A stretch of 64,000 bases of DNA from an uncultured Pseudomonadales bacterium. Lineage in GTDB: Bacteria; Patescibacteriota; Microgenomatia; UBA1400; PJMF01. Below, piece by piece: positions 38,806-48,420 of this stretch (position 1 is the first letter of the stretch; the number at the start of each line of letters is the position of its first letter). The notes under the pieces were generated by a model that was given only the letters and a program-made list of their open reading frames with translations, did not search any database and was not told the origin of the DNA. The translations under genes and the position numbers were made by a program. The stretch is taken from positions 4,239-68,238 of the forward strand of contig CAZBVY010000001.1 of NCBI GenBank assembly GCA_964495475.1, in the 5' to 3' direction.

Positions 38806-38818
38806 AAATCACTGAATT

Positions 38819-39220
38819 TTATGCTGATCTCCTTTCAAACTGTGTGCTTTGAATAAATTCAAAAAACTTTTCTTCTGGGGTGAAATATTCTTCCAACCCA
38901 AAGTGCTTTCGGGAGAAAAACCCCTGATCGCACAGTTCGCCAATTTTGCGTCTAATTTCCCAGGTAGCAAAAATGCCTATCTGAGAAACTTTCTGCAAAT
39001 CAGAAGCTTTAACCGGGCTTCCGTACCGTCCAACACATGTTGCCATCATACTCATGGCCATGTTGGTTGCAGTGTAGTATTGAGGGTCTGGTCTGAGGAA
39101 AACGAATGCTTCATTCTCCGACAACCTCTCCAAAAAGTCTACGAACTGCAATTCCGGAACTTCCTTGGAATTACCGATTACTGCCATTTTATGGCTCCTT
39201 TCAGTGATTTTAATGTTCAC
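38819..39220 (-). CDS. Hypothetical protein, possible wHTH
   Basis: 133-aa ORF; AAGGAG precedes an internal ATG. Confidence 0.6.
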   Translation of the reverse strand: MNIKITERSHKMAVIGNSKEVPELQFVDFLERLSENEAFVFLRPDPQYYTATNMAMSMMATCVGRYGSPVKASDLQKVSQIGIFATWEIRRKIGELCDQGFFSRKHFGLEEYFTPEEKFFEFIQSTQFERRSA

Positions 39221-39373
39221 TACCTAATCTTAGAGAGAAGTTTCCCCTCCAGATATCAGTAGCTAAATTAGACTAATGATTATATGCAAAAAAGAGCCAT
39301 AAGTCAATTATATTGATTAATTTATATAATTGATCAAGCTAGCTAAACAAAAATAAAGTTATAAAATATTCAT

Positions 39374-40081
39374 ATGCATGATTTCCTCACAAAACTACAG
39401 AATCAATTACAACAAAATGCCGATGTTAAAACAAAAGAATCCGGACAAAGATTTTTTAAAGAAACGATCAAAATGCATGGTGTCAAAACAGCCACTGTAA
39501 GTAAAATTGGAAAAGAAGCTTTTAAGGAAATTAAAAACGAAAGTAAAGAAAAAATATTTTCTTTATGCGAAAAACTTTGGCAATCAGGTTATATGGAAGA
39601 AACTTTTATTGCCTGTAATTGGTCTTACAATGTTTGGAAACAATACGAGAAAAAAGACTTTTTTGTTTTTGAAAAATGGATAAAAAAGTACATTAATAAT
39701 TGGGCTTCATGCGATACTTTTTGCAATCACACAGTTGGTAAGTTTATAGAAATGTTTCCAGAATATTTATCTGAATTAAAAAAATGGACTAAATCAAAAA
39801 ACAGATGGGTAAAAAGAGCTAGTGCTGTTTCGCTCATTGTTCCAGCTAGAAAAGGTCAATTTTTAAAAGATATCTTTGAAATTTCAGATCATTTATTGCT
39901 CGATCCAGATGACATGGTGCAAAAAGGTTACGGCTGGTTATTGAAAGTTGCTAGCCAAATTCATCAGCAAGAAATTTTTGATTATGTCATGAAAAATAAA
40001 GCCGTAATGCCTAGAACTTCTTTGCGTTATGCTATCGAAAAAATGCCATCAACATTGAAGAAAAAAGCCATGACTAAATAA
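39374..40081 (+). CDS. DNA alkylation repair protein (AlkD-like HEAT repeat)
   Basis: NWASCD, WVKRAS, MVQKGYGWLLK, RTSLRYAIEK. Confidence 0.9.
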   Translation: MHDFLTKLQNQLQQNADVKTKESGQRFFKETIKMHGVKTATVSKIGKEAFKEIKNESKEKIFSLCEKLWQSGYMEETFIACNWSYNVWKQYEKKDFFVFEKWIKKYINNWASCDTFCNHTVGKFIEMFPEYLSELKKWTKSKNRWVKRASAVSLIVPARKGQFLKDIFEISDHLLLDPDDMVQKGYGWLLKVASQIHQQEIFDYVMKNKAVMPRTSLRYAIEKMPSTLKKKAMTK

Positions 40082-40090
40082 AGTCATTTT

Positions 40091-40579
40091 CTATAAATTC
40101 ACCGCTTCTAAAGCTTTTTTGACATCTGCATTATTAGCAAAAACGTCATATTTCAAAGCTAAAATTTCCTCTTTGCTCATCCAAATAGTGTCGAAGATAT
40201 TTTCCAATGTTGCGGGGTTTTGATTGATATTTATTTTTGAATTGCCAATTAATTGACATTGATAACCCAAACAAATAATTTGCACACTAAAACTTGGGTC
40301 TTCAAAACTCGGAATGACAAAGTCCCAATTTCCAACTGCTTTACCAATAGCAATATTTAAGCCCACTTCTTCCATCACTTCACGATGCAATGCTTCATAT
40401 AAATTTTCACCTGGCTCAATGCCTCCCCCTGGTAAATCATAAATAATTGTTTCTTTACCATGACGTCTGACTCGTTCTTTAACAATTAAAATTTTGCCAT
40501 CATGAACAATAAAAGCCTTTACTCCGGGACGAATAAATTTAACTGGCAATTTAGAATTTGGTGAAAAACTACTCTCCAT
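40091..40579 (-). CDS. NUDIX hydrolase
   Basis: GGGIEPGE..ALHREVMEEVG Nudix box. Confidence 0.9.
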   Translation of the reverse strand: MESSFSPNSKLPVKFIRPGVKAFIVHDGKILIVKERVRRHGKETIIYDLPGGGIEPGENLYEALHREVMEEVGLNIAIGKAVGNWDFVIPSFEDPSFSVQIICLGYQCQLIGNSKININQNPATLENIFDTIWMSKEEILALKYDVFANNADVKKALEAVNL

Positions 40580-41363
40580 CTAAACTATAATCTTTCATCA
40601 TTTGCTCAATTTCTGCTTGAGAAGGCATGTCGGCATTTGCACCTTCTTCGCTGTCAGGAGCATCAAACATTGGCATCTCTTTAATAGGAGATGGTTTACT
40701 AATCTGTACTGCTTCGTATTTATATTCCATAACATTTGATCCACCCTTAAAACTAAACTCTATCTTACGAGCCAAGTGTTCTTTAGTATCAATCCAAACA
40801 TAGGTCACACTATCATCTTCACCCATGGTATCGATAATTTCATATTTGTCACAACTCAAATTGCCGCAAGCTTCGTTACCCACTTTCTTAATTTGCATGT
40901 CTAAATTATCTTCGTTGTAAGTAGCTTGAATTTCTACCAAACTTTCTTTAGGATCACTAAAATTGCCTTCAGCATCGCCAACTTGATACCAAGAATTATC
41001 TTTTACATCTTTAAAATAAGTCACTCCGTCAAAAGAAATCATGCTTGATTCTAATTGACCATCTTTATAACTATTTACCTCCATGTTGCTTCCGTTCATC
41101 TTCATTTCGCTAGTGCTAGTGCCATATTCACCTAAATTAGCCACTGTATTAATGATGACGCCTTTTTCCATAGCTTTAGCCTGAGCAACAAAATAACTAC
41201 AAATATCTTTGTCATATTTACAATTAGCCAGCATTTCTGAAACAACAACTTTTTCAGCCACTTCTTCTGCATTTTGTGGATTATTTTTTTGACTGAAAAA
41301 ATAATAGGCTCCGCCAGCCAAAGCCAACACTAACACCAAAATAATAGGGAGTTTTTGTTTCAT
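40569..41363 (-). CDS. Membrane-anchored extracellular hypothetical protein
   Basis: N-terminal TM segment, beta-rich domain. Confidence 0.8.
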   Translation of the reverse strand: MKQKLPIILVLVLALAGGAYYFFSQKNNPQNAEEVAEKVVVSEMLANCKYDKDICSYFVAQAKAMEKGVIINTVANLGEYGTSTSEMKMNGSNMEVNSYKDGQLESSMISFDGVTYFKDVKDNSWYQVGDAEGNFSDPKESLVEIQATYNEDNLDMQIKKVGNEACGNLSCDKYEIIDTMGEDDSVTYVWIDTKEHLARKIEFSFKGGSNVMEYKYEAVQISKPSPIKEMPMFDAPDSEEGANADMPSQAEIEQMMKDYSLDGE

Positions 41364-41461
41364 TGAAACCTTTTTTAATTTATAGCTATCTAAGGCTCAT
41401 TCTAAGTAAGATGAGCTCTTTTGTAAAGAACGTTTGACTAGAATCAACTTTAAAAGTTATA

Positions 41462-41893
41462 GTGAAGCATATGCAATGGTTTTTCTTCGCTGTCTTATCT
41501 GCTATTTTTGCTGCTTTAACTGCCATTTTAGCCAAAATTGGAATCAAAGATGTAAATTCTAATTTGGCAACTGCTATTAGAACGACTGTCATTTTAATTT
41601 TTAGCTGGGGTATTGTTGTTGCTCAAAAAAATCTTGGACAAATTACCAATATTAGCAAGCATTCTATGTTGTTTTTAATTTTATCAGGATTAGCCACTGG
41701 TCTTTCTTGGTTGTTTTATTTTCGCGCCCTGCAGCTCGGTGAAGCAAGTAAAGTTGTTCCCATTGATAAGTTAAGCTTAGTAATTACTCTCATTTTTGCA
41801 ACAATCATTCTCAAAGAACAATTTACTCTTTACACTGCTTTGGGAGCAATTTTAATGACCGCTGGAGCTCTAATTATCGCTTTTGCAAAATAA
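41462..41893 (+). CDS. EamA/DMT family transporter
   Basis: AIFAALTAILAKIG..YFRALQLGEASKVVPIDKLS. Confidence 0.9.
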   Translation: MKHMQWFFFAVLSAIFAALTAILAKIGIKDVNSNLATAIRTTVILIFSWGIVVAQKNLGQITNISKHSMLFLILSGLATGLSWLFYFRALQLGEASKVVPIDKLSLVITLIFATIILKEQFTLYTALGAILMTAGALIIAFAK

Positions 41894-41903
41894 ATTCCTC
41901 TTG

Positions 41904-41974
41904 TTAGCACTATTTGACAAAGACTGCTAAATTTGCTTTAATACAACTTAGCAATCGACTATAGCGATTGCCAG
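41904..41974 (+). promoter_or_regulatory. Tandem CIRCE (HrcA) operators overlapping the hsp20 promoter
   Basis: TTAGCACTA-N9-GACTGCTAA (41904-41930) and TTAGCAATC-N9-GATTGCCAG (41948-41974); TTGACA within the first spacer. Confidence 0.85.
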
Positions 41975-42008
41975 AAAATATAAATTAGTTTTAAAAAGGA
42001 GCATATTT

Positions 42009-42416
42009 ATGTCCATTATTAGATATAGTCCTCTGCAAGCTATGTTGAGTCGTTGGCCAGATATTTGGGATGACGATGTTTTTGATCAAAACAACAGTCA
42101 TCTCAATGTCTATGAAAGCAAAAATAAAGTGGTTATTGAAGCCAATGTAGCCGGAGTAGCCGATGAAGATGTTGATCTCACTTTTGAAAAAGGCGTGCTT
42201 TGGATTCAAGCTAAGAAACAAGAAGAAAAATCAGATGAAGAACGCAAATATTACAGTCGCTCATCTTTTTCTTACTCATATAAAGTAGCCATTCCAGGAG
42301 ATGTGGATTTGAGCAAAGAACCAGAGGCAGAAATTAAAAATGGAGTACTTAAAGTAGAATTCCAAAAATCTGCTTTGGCTCAACCAAAGAAACTTAAGAT
42401 TAAAAGTGGAAAATAA
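42009..42416 (+). CDS. Hsp20/alpha-crystallin small heat-shock protein
   Basis: NVYE..ANVAGV..AEIKNGVLKV. Confidence 0.9.
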   Translation: MSIIRYSPLQAMLSRWPDIWDDDVFDQNNSHLNVYESKNKVVIEANVAGVADEDVDLTFEKGVLWIQAKKQEEKSDEERKYYSRSSFSYSYKVAIPGDVDLSKEPEAEIKNGVLKVEFQKSALAQPKKLKIKSGK

Positions 42417-42438
42417 AAATATTAACCGCTGATGAATT

Positions 42439-42467
42439 AAAACCCCACCCTAATCGGTGGGGTTTTT
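42439..42467. terminator. Bidirectional intrinsic terminator
   Basis: AAAACCCCACC-CTAATC-GGTGGGGTTTT between convergent genes. Confidence 0.85.
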
Positions 42468-42472
42468 AGTAA

Positions 42473-43585
42473 TTAAACAATTTTTTCCCAACTAAATTCT
42501 GATTTACCAAAATGACCATAGGTCGAAGTTTTGGCGAAAATTGGCTGACGCAAATCAAGTTGTTTAATGATTTTTTGTACAGACATATCCAATAAACCCA
42601 AAGCATATTTTTTTATCTCTTCATCGCTAATCTTACCTGTTCCAAAAGTTTCTACATCAAAAGAGACTGGCGTAGCTTGACCAATGACGTAAGCTGCTCT
42701 TACTTCACAACGATCTGCATATCCTTTTGCAACAATATTTTTAGCTAAAAAACGACAAGCATAAGCAGCGCTACGATCAACTTTACTTGGATCTTTACCA
42801 GAGAAGCAACCGCCACCATGACGCCCCATACCTCCATAGGTATCGATAATGATTTTACGCCCCGTTAAGCCCGTGTCAGAAGCTGGACCACCTATTTCCC
42901 ACGCTCCAGTACCATTAATAATTAATTTAATATCATTTTGATTTAAAATTTGATTGGGCAAATATTTTTTAACTGCCGGCACGATTACTTTGTCCCAAAG
43001 ATCATTTTCTAACTGTTCTTTTTTAATTTGTGGATCATAGGGTACCGCCATAATGATAGTCGATACTTTATTTGGTTTACCCTCAATGTAATCAATTACT
43101 ACTTGAGCTTTACCATCTGGTCGCAAATAAGAAATAATTTTGTCTTCACGAACTTGATCTAAATTACGCATCAATTGATGAGCCAGCATAATTGGCATCG
43201 GCATCAATTCTGGAGTTTCATTACAAGCATAACCAAACATAATTCCCTGATCTCCAGCGCCACCATCGTCCACGCCAAGAGCAATGTCTCTAGATTGTTG
43301 ATGAATGTAGATTTCTAAATCTGATTTGTCAGAAAAACCCCAATTGGGATTTGTATAACCAAGTTTTTTAATGGTTTGACGAGCAATATTTTCGTAATCA
43401 ATTTTGCCAGAACAAGTCACTTCTCCTGCTAAAATAATTTTATTAGTTGTTACTAAAGTTTCTACAGCCACACGACTTTGAGGATCGATTTTTAAACAAG
43501 CATCTACAATGCTGTCTGAAATTTGATCACAAATTTTGTCAGGATGACCAGAGGCCACTGATTCTGAAGTAAATTGTTCCAACAT
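42473..43585 (-). CDS. metK: S-adenosylmethionine synthetase
   Basis: FTSESVASGHPDK, GAGDQG, GGGCFSGKD. Confidence 0.98.
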   Translation of the reverse strand: MLEQFTSESVASGHPDKICDQISDSIVDACLKIDPQSRVAVETLVTTNKIILAGEVTCSGKIDYENIARQTIKKLGYTNPNWGFSDKSDLEIYIHQQSRDIALGVDDGGAGDQGIMFGYACNETPELMPMPIMLAHQLMRNLDQVREDKIISYLRPDGKAQVVIDYIEGKPNKVSTIIMAVPYDPQIKKEQLENDLWDKVIVPAVKKYLPNQILNQNDIKLIINGTGAWEIGGPASDTGLTGRKIIIDTYGGMGRHGGGCFSGKDPSKVDRSAAYACRFLAKNIVAKGYADRCEVRAAYVIGQATPVSFDVETFGTGKISDEEIKKYALGLLDMSVQKIIKQLDLRQPIFAKTSTYGHFGKSEFSWEKIV

Positions 43586-43629
43586 ATTTTCCCCTTCTTA
43601 TTACAGATTAACCTTAATATTTATTGGGG

Positions 43630-43777
43630 AGAAAATAAAAAACACTCTGCAAAGAGTGTTTGAATTTCTCAAACGAGCGAATCTCCCTCTTGCGAGCTAG
43701 ATTTAGCACCGTGTTCTATACAAAATCGGTTGCTGAATGGGTCAAAAGGCTAGTTCCCTCACCATTTCTCTTGATTT
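43630..43777 (-). promoter_or_regulatory. SAM-I-class riboswitch with terminator expression platform
   Basis: Minus strand ATCAAGAG..GGTGAGGGA..CAGCAACC..GGTGCTAA..GATT, then AAACACTCT-TTGC-AGAGTGTTTTTT, upstream of metK. Confidence 0.9.
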
Positions 43778-43853
43778 GATTTGTTAATCTAGCATGTAGT
43801 ATACAAATTAAAAAGTAATTTGTCCATGTTTTTGCTAAAATGAAGTAAAAATT

Positions 43854-45560
43854 ATGAAAAAGTATTTCTGGCTAATTTTAATTGTTTTGCTAGCGGCTTT
43901 TTTACGTTTGTGGAAACTAAACAGCTTGCCACTCGACACTCATGTTGATGAAGTAATGAATGCCTATGTAGGCAATTTCACTTTAAAAAATGGCACAGAT
44001 CTATATGGTAATAAGTGGCCAATTTTATATTTTAATAACTTCGGTGATTATCCAAATATTTTACCCATGTATCTTTCTGGTTTAGGGATTTTATTGTTTG
44101 GAAATAATGAATTTGGTATGCGTGCGCCCATCGCCTTATTTGGTATTGTCAGCATCATTTTGGCTTATTTTGTAGGAAAACTAATTTTTCAAAAAAAATC
44201 TTTAGCTCTCTTTGCTGCTTTTAGTTTAGCTATTTTTCCATGGCATATAATTTTGTCACGCGCTACTGCAGAAGGAATAACGGCCAGCACAGTTTTTCTT
44301 TTAGGAATTTATTTGTTGCTACGCAATTTAAAAAAGCAAAAATTATTACCTTTGGTAATTGCTTGGCTAATTTTGCTTAGCACTTATTTGCTCTACCCAG
44401 CCTACCGCATTATTGTTCCATTGGCATTGCTGCCAACATTTTTACTGAGCAAAGATAAAAAAACAAAAATATTTTGTATCGTTATTGCAGTAGTTAGTCT
44501 CATTTTAACTTTTATGATCAGCCAAACTGCTTGGGGCACTGGTCGGTTTGAACAAACTAGCTTATTTAGTCAACAGAGTTCAGTTTATCCACTACAAGCA
44601 GAGTTTATCGCCGGAGAGGGTCACGAAAATGCTCTGAAAGCTCGCGTTCTATACAACAAAGCCATAATGTTTGGCAAAGAATTTATTAAACAATATGCCA
44701 GCTATTTTTCTATTGATTTCTTATTTGCTAGTGGCGGATTACCAATGCGATACTTTGTCCCTAACCAGGGTTTATGGTATTACAGCTATTTACTACTTTG
44801 GTTAATATTTATTGGACTAGCCTTATTAAAAAACCAATACTTCACTAAAAGCATTAGTTTTATTTTACCCACTAAGGATCAAAGAAAATATCTTTTTTAT
44901 TTTATATACTTACTTTTACTTTCTCCACTGTCAGCAGCCCTAACCATTGATGACGTACCCAATGTTCATCGAGCTACTTTAATGCCACTAATATTAAGTA
45001 TTTTATCTGGTCTGCTTTTATCTGTTTTTTACAAATTACCAAAAAAGAAGATTATTTTTACTTGTTTTATGTTTTTAGTCATTTTTGAAAGTTTTTATTT
45101 TTTTAATAAATACGCTGTACATGCTGGTAAATTTCAACAAGTTTATCGTAGTCCAGCCATGAAAAATTTAGCTTATTACTTAGCTGAGCAAAAAAATAAT
45201 TACGACAGTATTTATATTGAAAGAAAAGGCGAAACAGCAATCTATTATTTATTTTATAATCAAATTTATGATTCTAAACTCAATCAACAATTTCAAACAA
45301 AACTACAAATCCCTCAAGTTGAAAGTATTCACTTCACTAAACATGAATGCGTTTATCCTGGTTTAATTGAAACTGATTTAAGCCAAAAAACAAGCTTATT
45401 TATAGTTAGTAGCTCTTGTTATGATGAAAGACCAAAAATTTTGGAAGATCATCCAAAGTTACAAGAAATAGCACAAATTAAATCAAGTCAGGGAGATACT
45501 ATTTTTAAGGTTTACCAATTCGAAGCTACTAATAGCGCTAAACAACAAAAACCCATCTAG
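43854..45560 (+). CDS. GT-C fold (ArnT/PMT-like) glycosyltransferase
   Basis: DEVMNAY..GTDLYG, RAP, FPWHIILSR. Confidence 0.85.
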   Translation: MKKYFWLILIVLLAAFLRLWKLNSLPLDTHVDEVMNAYVGNFTLKNGTDLYGNKWPILYFNNFGDYPNILPMYLSGLGILLFGNNEFGMRAPIALFGIVSIILAYFVGKLIFQKKSLALFAAFSLAIFPWHIILSRATAEGITASTVFLLGIYLLLRNLKKQKLLPLVIAWLILLSTYLLYPAYRIIVPLALLPTFLLSKDKKTKIFCIVIAVVSLILTFMISQTAWGTGRFEQTSLFSQQSSVYPLQAEFIAGEGHENALKARVLYNKAIMFGKEFIKQYASYFSIDFLFASGGLPMRYFVPNQGLWYYSYLLLWLIFIGLALLKNQYFTKSISFILPTKDQRKYLFYFIYLLLLSPLSAALTIDDVPNVHRATLMPLILSILSGLLLSVFYKLPKKKIIFTCFMFLVIFESFYFFNKYAVHAGKFQQVYRSPAMKNLAYYLAEQKNNYDSIYIERKGETAIYYLFYNQIYDSKLNQQFQTKLQIPQVESIHFTKHECVYPGLIETDLSQKTSLFIVSSSCYDERPKILEDHPKLQEIAQIKSSQGDTIFKVYQFEATNSAKQQKPI

Positions 45561-45648
45561 GACTATCTAATTAGCCAATTCAGGATATAATAGTCGACAG
45601 TATTAATTGTCTTGGACACATTAGTCCAAGAAAGAAGAGTCCATATTT

Positions 45649-46005
45649 ATGTCAGATCAAAATGACAACATGGAAAACAAGAAAAAAATCTTCGTGGGTA
45701 ACTTGCCTTTCAGCATGACCCAAGATGGTTTACAAAGTTTGTTTTCCGAATTTGGCGAAATTACCCAAGTCAGTTTAATTACTGACAGAATGACCGGCCG
45801 TTCTAAGGGTTTCGCTTTTGTAGAATTTGCCGAAGAATCTGCTGCTGAAGCTGCCATCGCTAAGATGTCTGGTTTCAGAGTAGAAGAGAGAGAGTTGGTA
45901 GTTAATATCGCTCGACCTCGTGAGCCAAGAAACGATAGTTTCCAAAGAAGAGACAATCGCGGTTTTGGTGGTGGAAGACCACAAAATAGAGATCGTAGAT
46001 ATTAA
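45649..46005 (+). CDS. RRM RNA-binding protein
   Basis: IFVGNL (RNP2), KGFAFVEF (RNP1), Arg/Gly tail. Confidence 0.95.
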   Translation: MSDQNDNMENKKKIFVGNLPFSMTQDGLQSLFSEFGEITQVSLITDRMTGRSKGFAFVEFAEESAAEAAIAKMSGFRVEERELVVNIARPREPRNDSFQRRDNRGFGGGRPQNRDRRY

Positions 46006-46024
46006 TCTTTAGATCAAAATTTAG

Positions 46025-46053
46025 AAACGCCAGGATAAAACCTGGCGTTTTTT
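46025..46053 (+). terminator. Intrinsic terminator
   Basis: AAACGCCAGG-ATAAAA-CCTGGCGTTTTTT. Confidence 0.85.
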
Positions 46054-46100
46054 GTTATTTTCATAATTTTTTTATTCAAAGAAATGATAGAATAAAGGAC

Positions 46101-46760
46101 ATGGTTAATGGCATGGAAAAAAATAATTCTATAGGCTTAAACCCTAAATGGCGCGAGATTAGTCCTTTACCACCCCCAGATTCTTCCACTAGTGTGCCTT
46201 ATTTAGATGCGGTTAATAAGTTTGTGACTCGCAGAGAAGAATTAGAGGCTAATCTTTTACTTGACGAACTAACAGGATGCTGGAGACGTAGATATTTTTA
46301 TGATTTTATTGCTAAAAAATTTGATCCTAATCGCAATGATGGTCAAATCGGCATTATTAATGTAGATATTAACGAACTTAAAAAAATAAATGACGATCCT
46401 AAACTTGGCCATCAATATGGAGATATGTTGATCATCAATTTTGTACAATACATTAAATCACAATTAAGAAAAGGTGATGAAATTGTTAGAGTTGGCGGAG
46501 ATGAATTTATCGTCATTTGTCGCAAAGGCATCAACGATGAGAAATTTGAAGAAAACTTAAAAAATAGAATGCAAAGTATTTATTTAAATTCCCCACAATC
46601 AGATGTTGATCCCACAAAGAATATTAGTTTTGCTTATGGAGTAGCCGTTTATGATAGAGAAAAAGATAAAAGTTTAATAGAAACCGGAAATCGAGCTGAT
46701 GCACTTATGTATCTTCACAAAAGCCAACTTAAAAATCAAAAATCCAAATTAAAAATATAA
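46101..46760 (+). CDS. GGDEF domain protein (diguanylate cyclase)
   Basis: DELTG, D.N.LKKIND..GH..GD, RVGGDEF, ADALMY. Confidence 0.9.
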   Translation: MVNGMEKNNSIGLNPKWREISPLPPPDSSTSVPYLDAVNKFVTRREELEANLLLDELTGCWRRRYFYDFIAKKFDPNRNDGQIGIINVDINELKKINDDPKLGHQYGDMLIINFVQYIKSQLRKGDEIVRVGGDEFIVICRKGINDEKFEENLKNRMQSIYLNSPQSDVDPTKNISFAYGVAVYDREKDKSLIETGNRADALMYLHKSQLKNQKSKLKI

Positions 46761-46800
46761 GATTAAATCTGACTTTTTCTGATATAATTTGACGATACAA

Positions 46801-46886
46801 GGAGGTGTCGCATAGTGGTCAATTGCACACGCTTGGAAAGCGTGAGCCGCAAGGCTTCGCAGGTTCGATTCCTGTCACCTCCGCCA
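46801..46886 (+). tRNA. tRNA-Ser(GGA)
   Basis: Cloverleaf, CACGC-TTGGAAA-GCGTG, long variable arm, G73, CCA. Confidence 0.97.
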
Positions 46887-46954
46887 CATATTAAACATTA
46901 ATATTATTTAATTAGTTATACTCTTCTTATAACAACTCCAGTAAAATAAAATAA

Positions 46955-48397
46955 GTGATTAAGAAAATATTTTTAAAATATCAATTTTGGATTCTTATTT
47001 TTTTGTTTACATTAGGAATTTTTAATAGATTTTATTCTCTAGAAAAAACTGCAACTTTTTTTTGGGATCAAGCATATGATTTAAGACAAATTGAACTCTT
47101 TTATCAAGAAAAAAGAATAACACTCATAGGACCAATTTCAGAAGAAAATGATAAAATCTATGGTTCATTAACATATTATATGTTAATGCCATTTGCTTTA
47201 TTAAAAAATTTTCATACAGTATCAACAACATACGGATCTGCTTTTTACGGATCTTTAACAGCCATATTTTTAGTATTGTTACTTTATTTAATAAATAAAA
47301 AAACTTGGTTAAGCACAGCTCTAATAGCAGTAATTTGGTTTCCGTTAATCGAAACAAGTCGTTGGGCTTGGAATCCACATCTTGTTTTATTTTGGATAGC
47401 TCTTGGATTGATTTTTTTTCAAAAAAAATCAAAAGCATCTTTATTCTTATCGGGCTTATTTTTAGGCTTATCAATTCATCATCATTATTTAAGTTTCATT
47501 TCTACAGCAAGTTTTATATTTTTAACCTTAATTAGTAATTTAAAAAATAAAGAAATTAAAAACTATTTATGGATTGTTCCAGGTTATTTTTTAGCCATAT
47601 TACCTTTCATATTATTTGACTTAACTCATCCACCAGGATTATTTATAACTAGATTTATATTATTTCAACAAGAAAATATAGACAAAAATTTTATTGTGTT
47701 TTTATCAGATTTTATTAAAAATCTATGGATCGTCATTCATCATTACGCTGTAAATAATATTTCTGGATCAATATTATTTATATATCTGGGAAGTCTTATC
47801 ATTTATGATTTTAAAAAATCTAGAATTTATTTAATCTATATTTTTGTTTGGTTGTTTCAAATATTTGGTGTTACTTTGATAAAAGCTTCCTTTACCCATT
47901 ATTTTTTACCAGGCTTAATTTTCTTCTTAATATATTTATATTTACCAAGAAAATTCAAAAAAATAAATTTAGTTGTTGTTTCAACATTACTTTTATTAAA
48001 TGGCTCTCTTTTTAGCATTATTCCACAAATAACTACTCAAAAATATGTTCCAGAAATGTGGCAACCCAATATAGAAACGGTCGACAATATAACCAACGTT
48101 CTTTATCAGGAAATAAAGAATAATAACCTATCTGGAGTAAATTTGGCTGTTTTAGGTAGTCCAGATCCTAATAGATATGGGTGGAAATATCGAAGCCTTT
48201 TGGAAATAAAAAATATTCATATCATGAGTAAATATGAATATTTTACAAATAATTATCTTTTTGTAGTATCTCAACAAAGTGAAGAAAAACTTAGAAACGA
48301 TCTTTCTCCAGAAATGGAAAGGTTTCGAAATCAAAAATTATTAAAAAGTTGGGAAATAAAAAATTCAAATTGGTTTATTTATTTATTTTCTTTTTAA
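46955..48397 (+). CDS. GT-C fold glycosyltransferase-like membrane protein
   Basis: FFWDQAYD..LIGP..SRWAWNP. Confidence 0.8.
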   Translation: MIKKIFLKYQFWILIFLFTLGIFNRFYSLEKTATFFWDQAYDLRQIELFYQEKRITLIGPISEENDKIYGSLTYYMLMPFALLKNFHTVSTTYGSAFYGSLTAIFLVLLLYLINKKTWLSTALIAVIWFPLIETSRWAWNPHLVLFWIALGLIFFQKKSKASLFLSGLFLGLSIHHHYLSFISTASFIFLTLISNLKNKEIKNYLWIVPGYFLAILPFILFDLTHPPGLFITRFILFQQENIDKNFIVFLSDFIKNLWIVIHHYAVNNISGSILFIYLGSLIIYDFKKSRIYLIYIFVWLFQIFGVTLIKASFTHYFLPGLIFFLIYLYLPRKFKKINLVVVSTLLLLNGSLFSIIPQITTQKYVPEMWQPNIETVDNITNVLYQEIKNNNLSGVNLAVLGSPDPNRYGWKYRSLLEIKNIHIMSKYEYFTNNYLFVVSQQSEEKLRNDLSPEMERFRNQKLLKSWEIKNSNWFIYLFSF

Positions 48398-48420
48398 AAC
48401 AAATGTTTTTGATAAAATTT

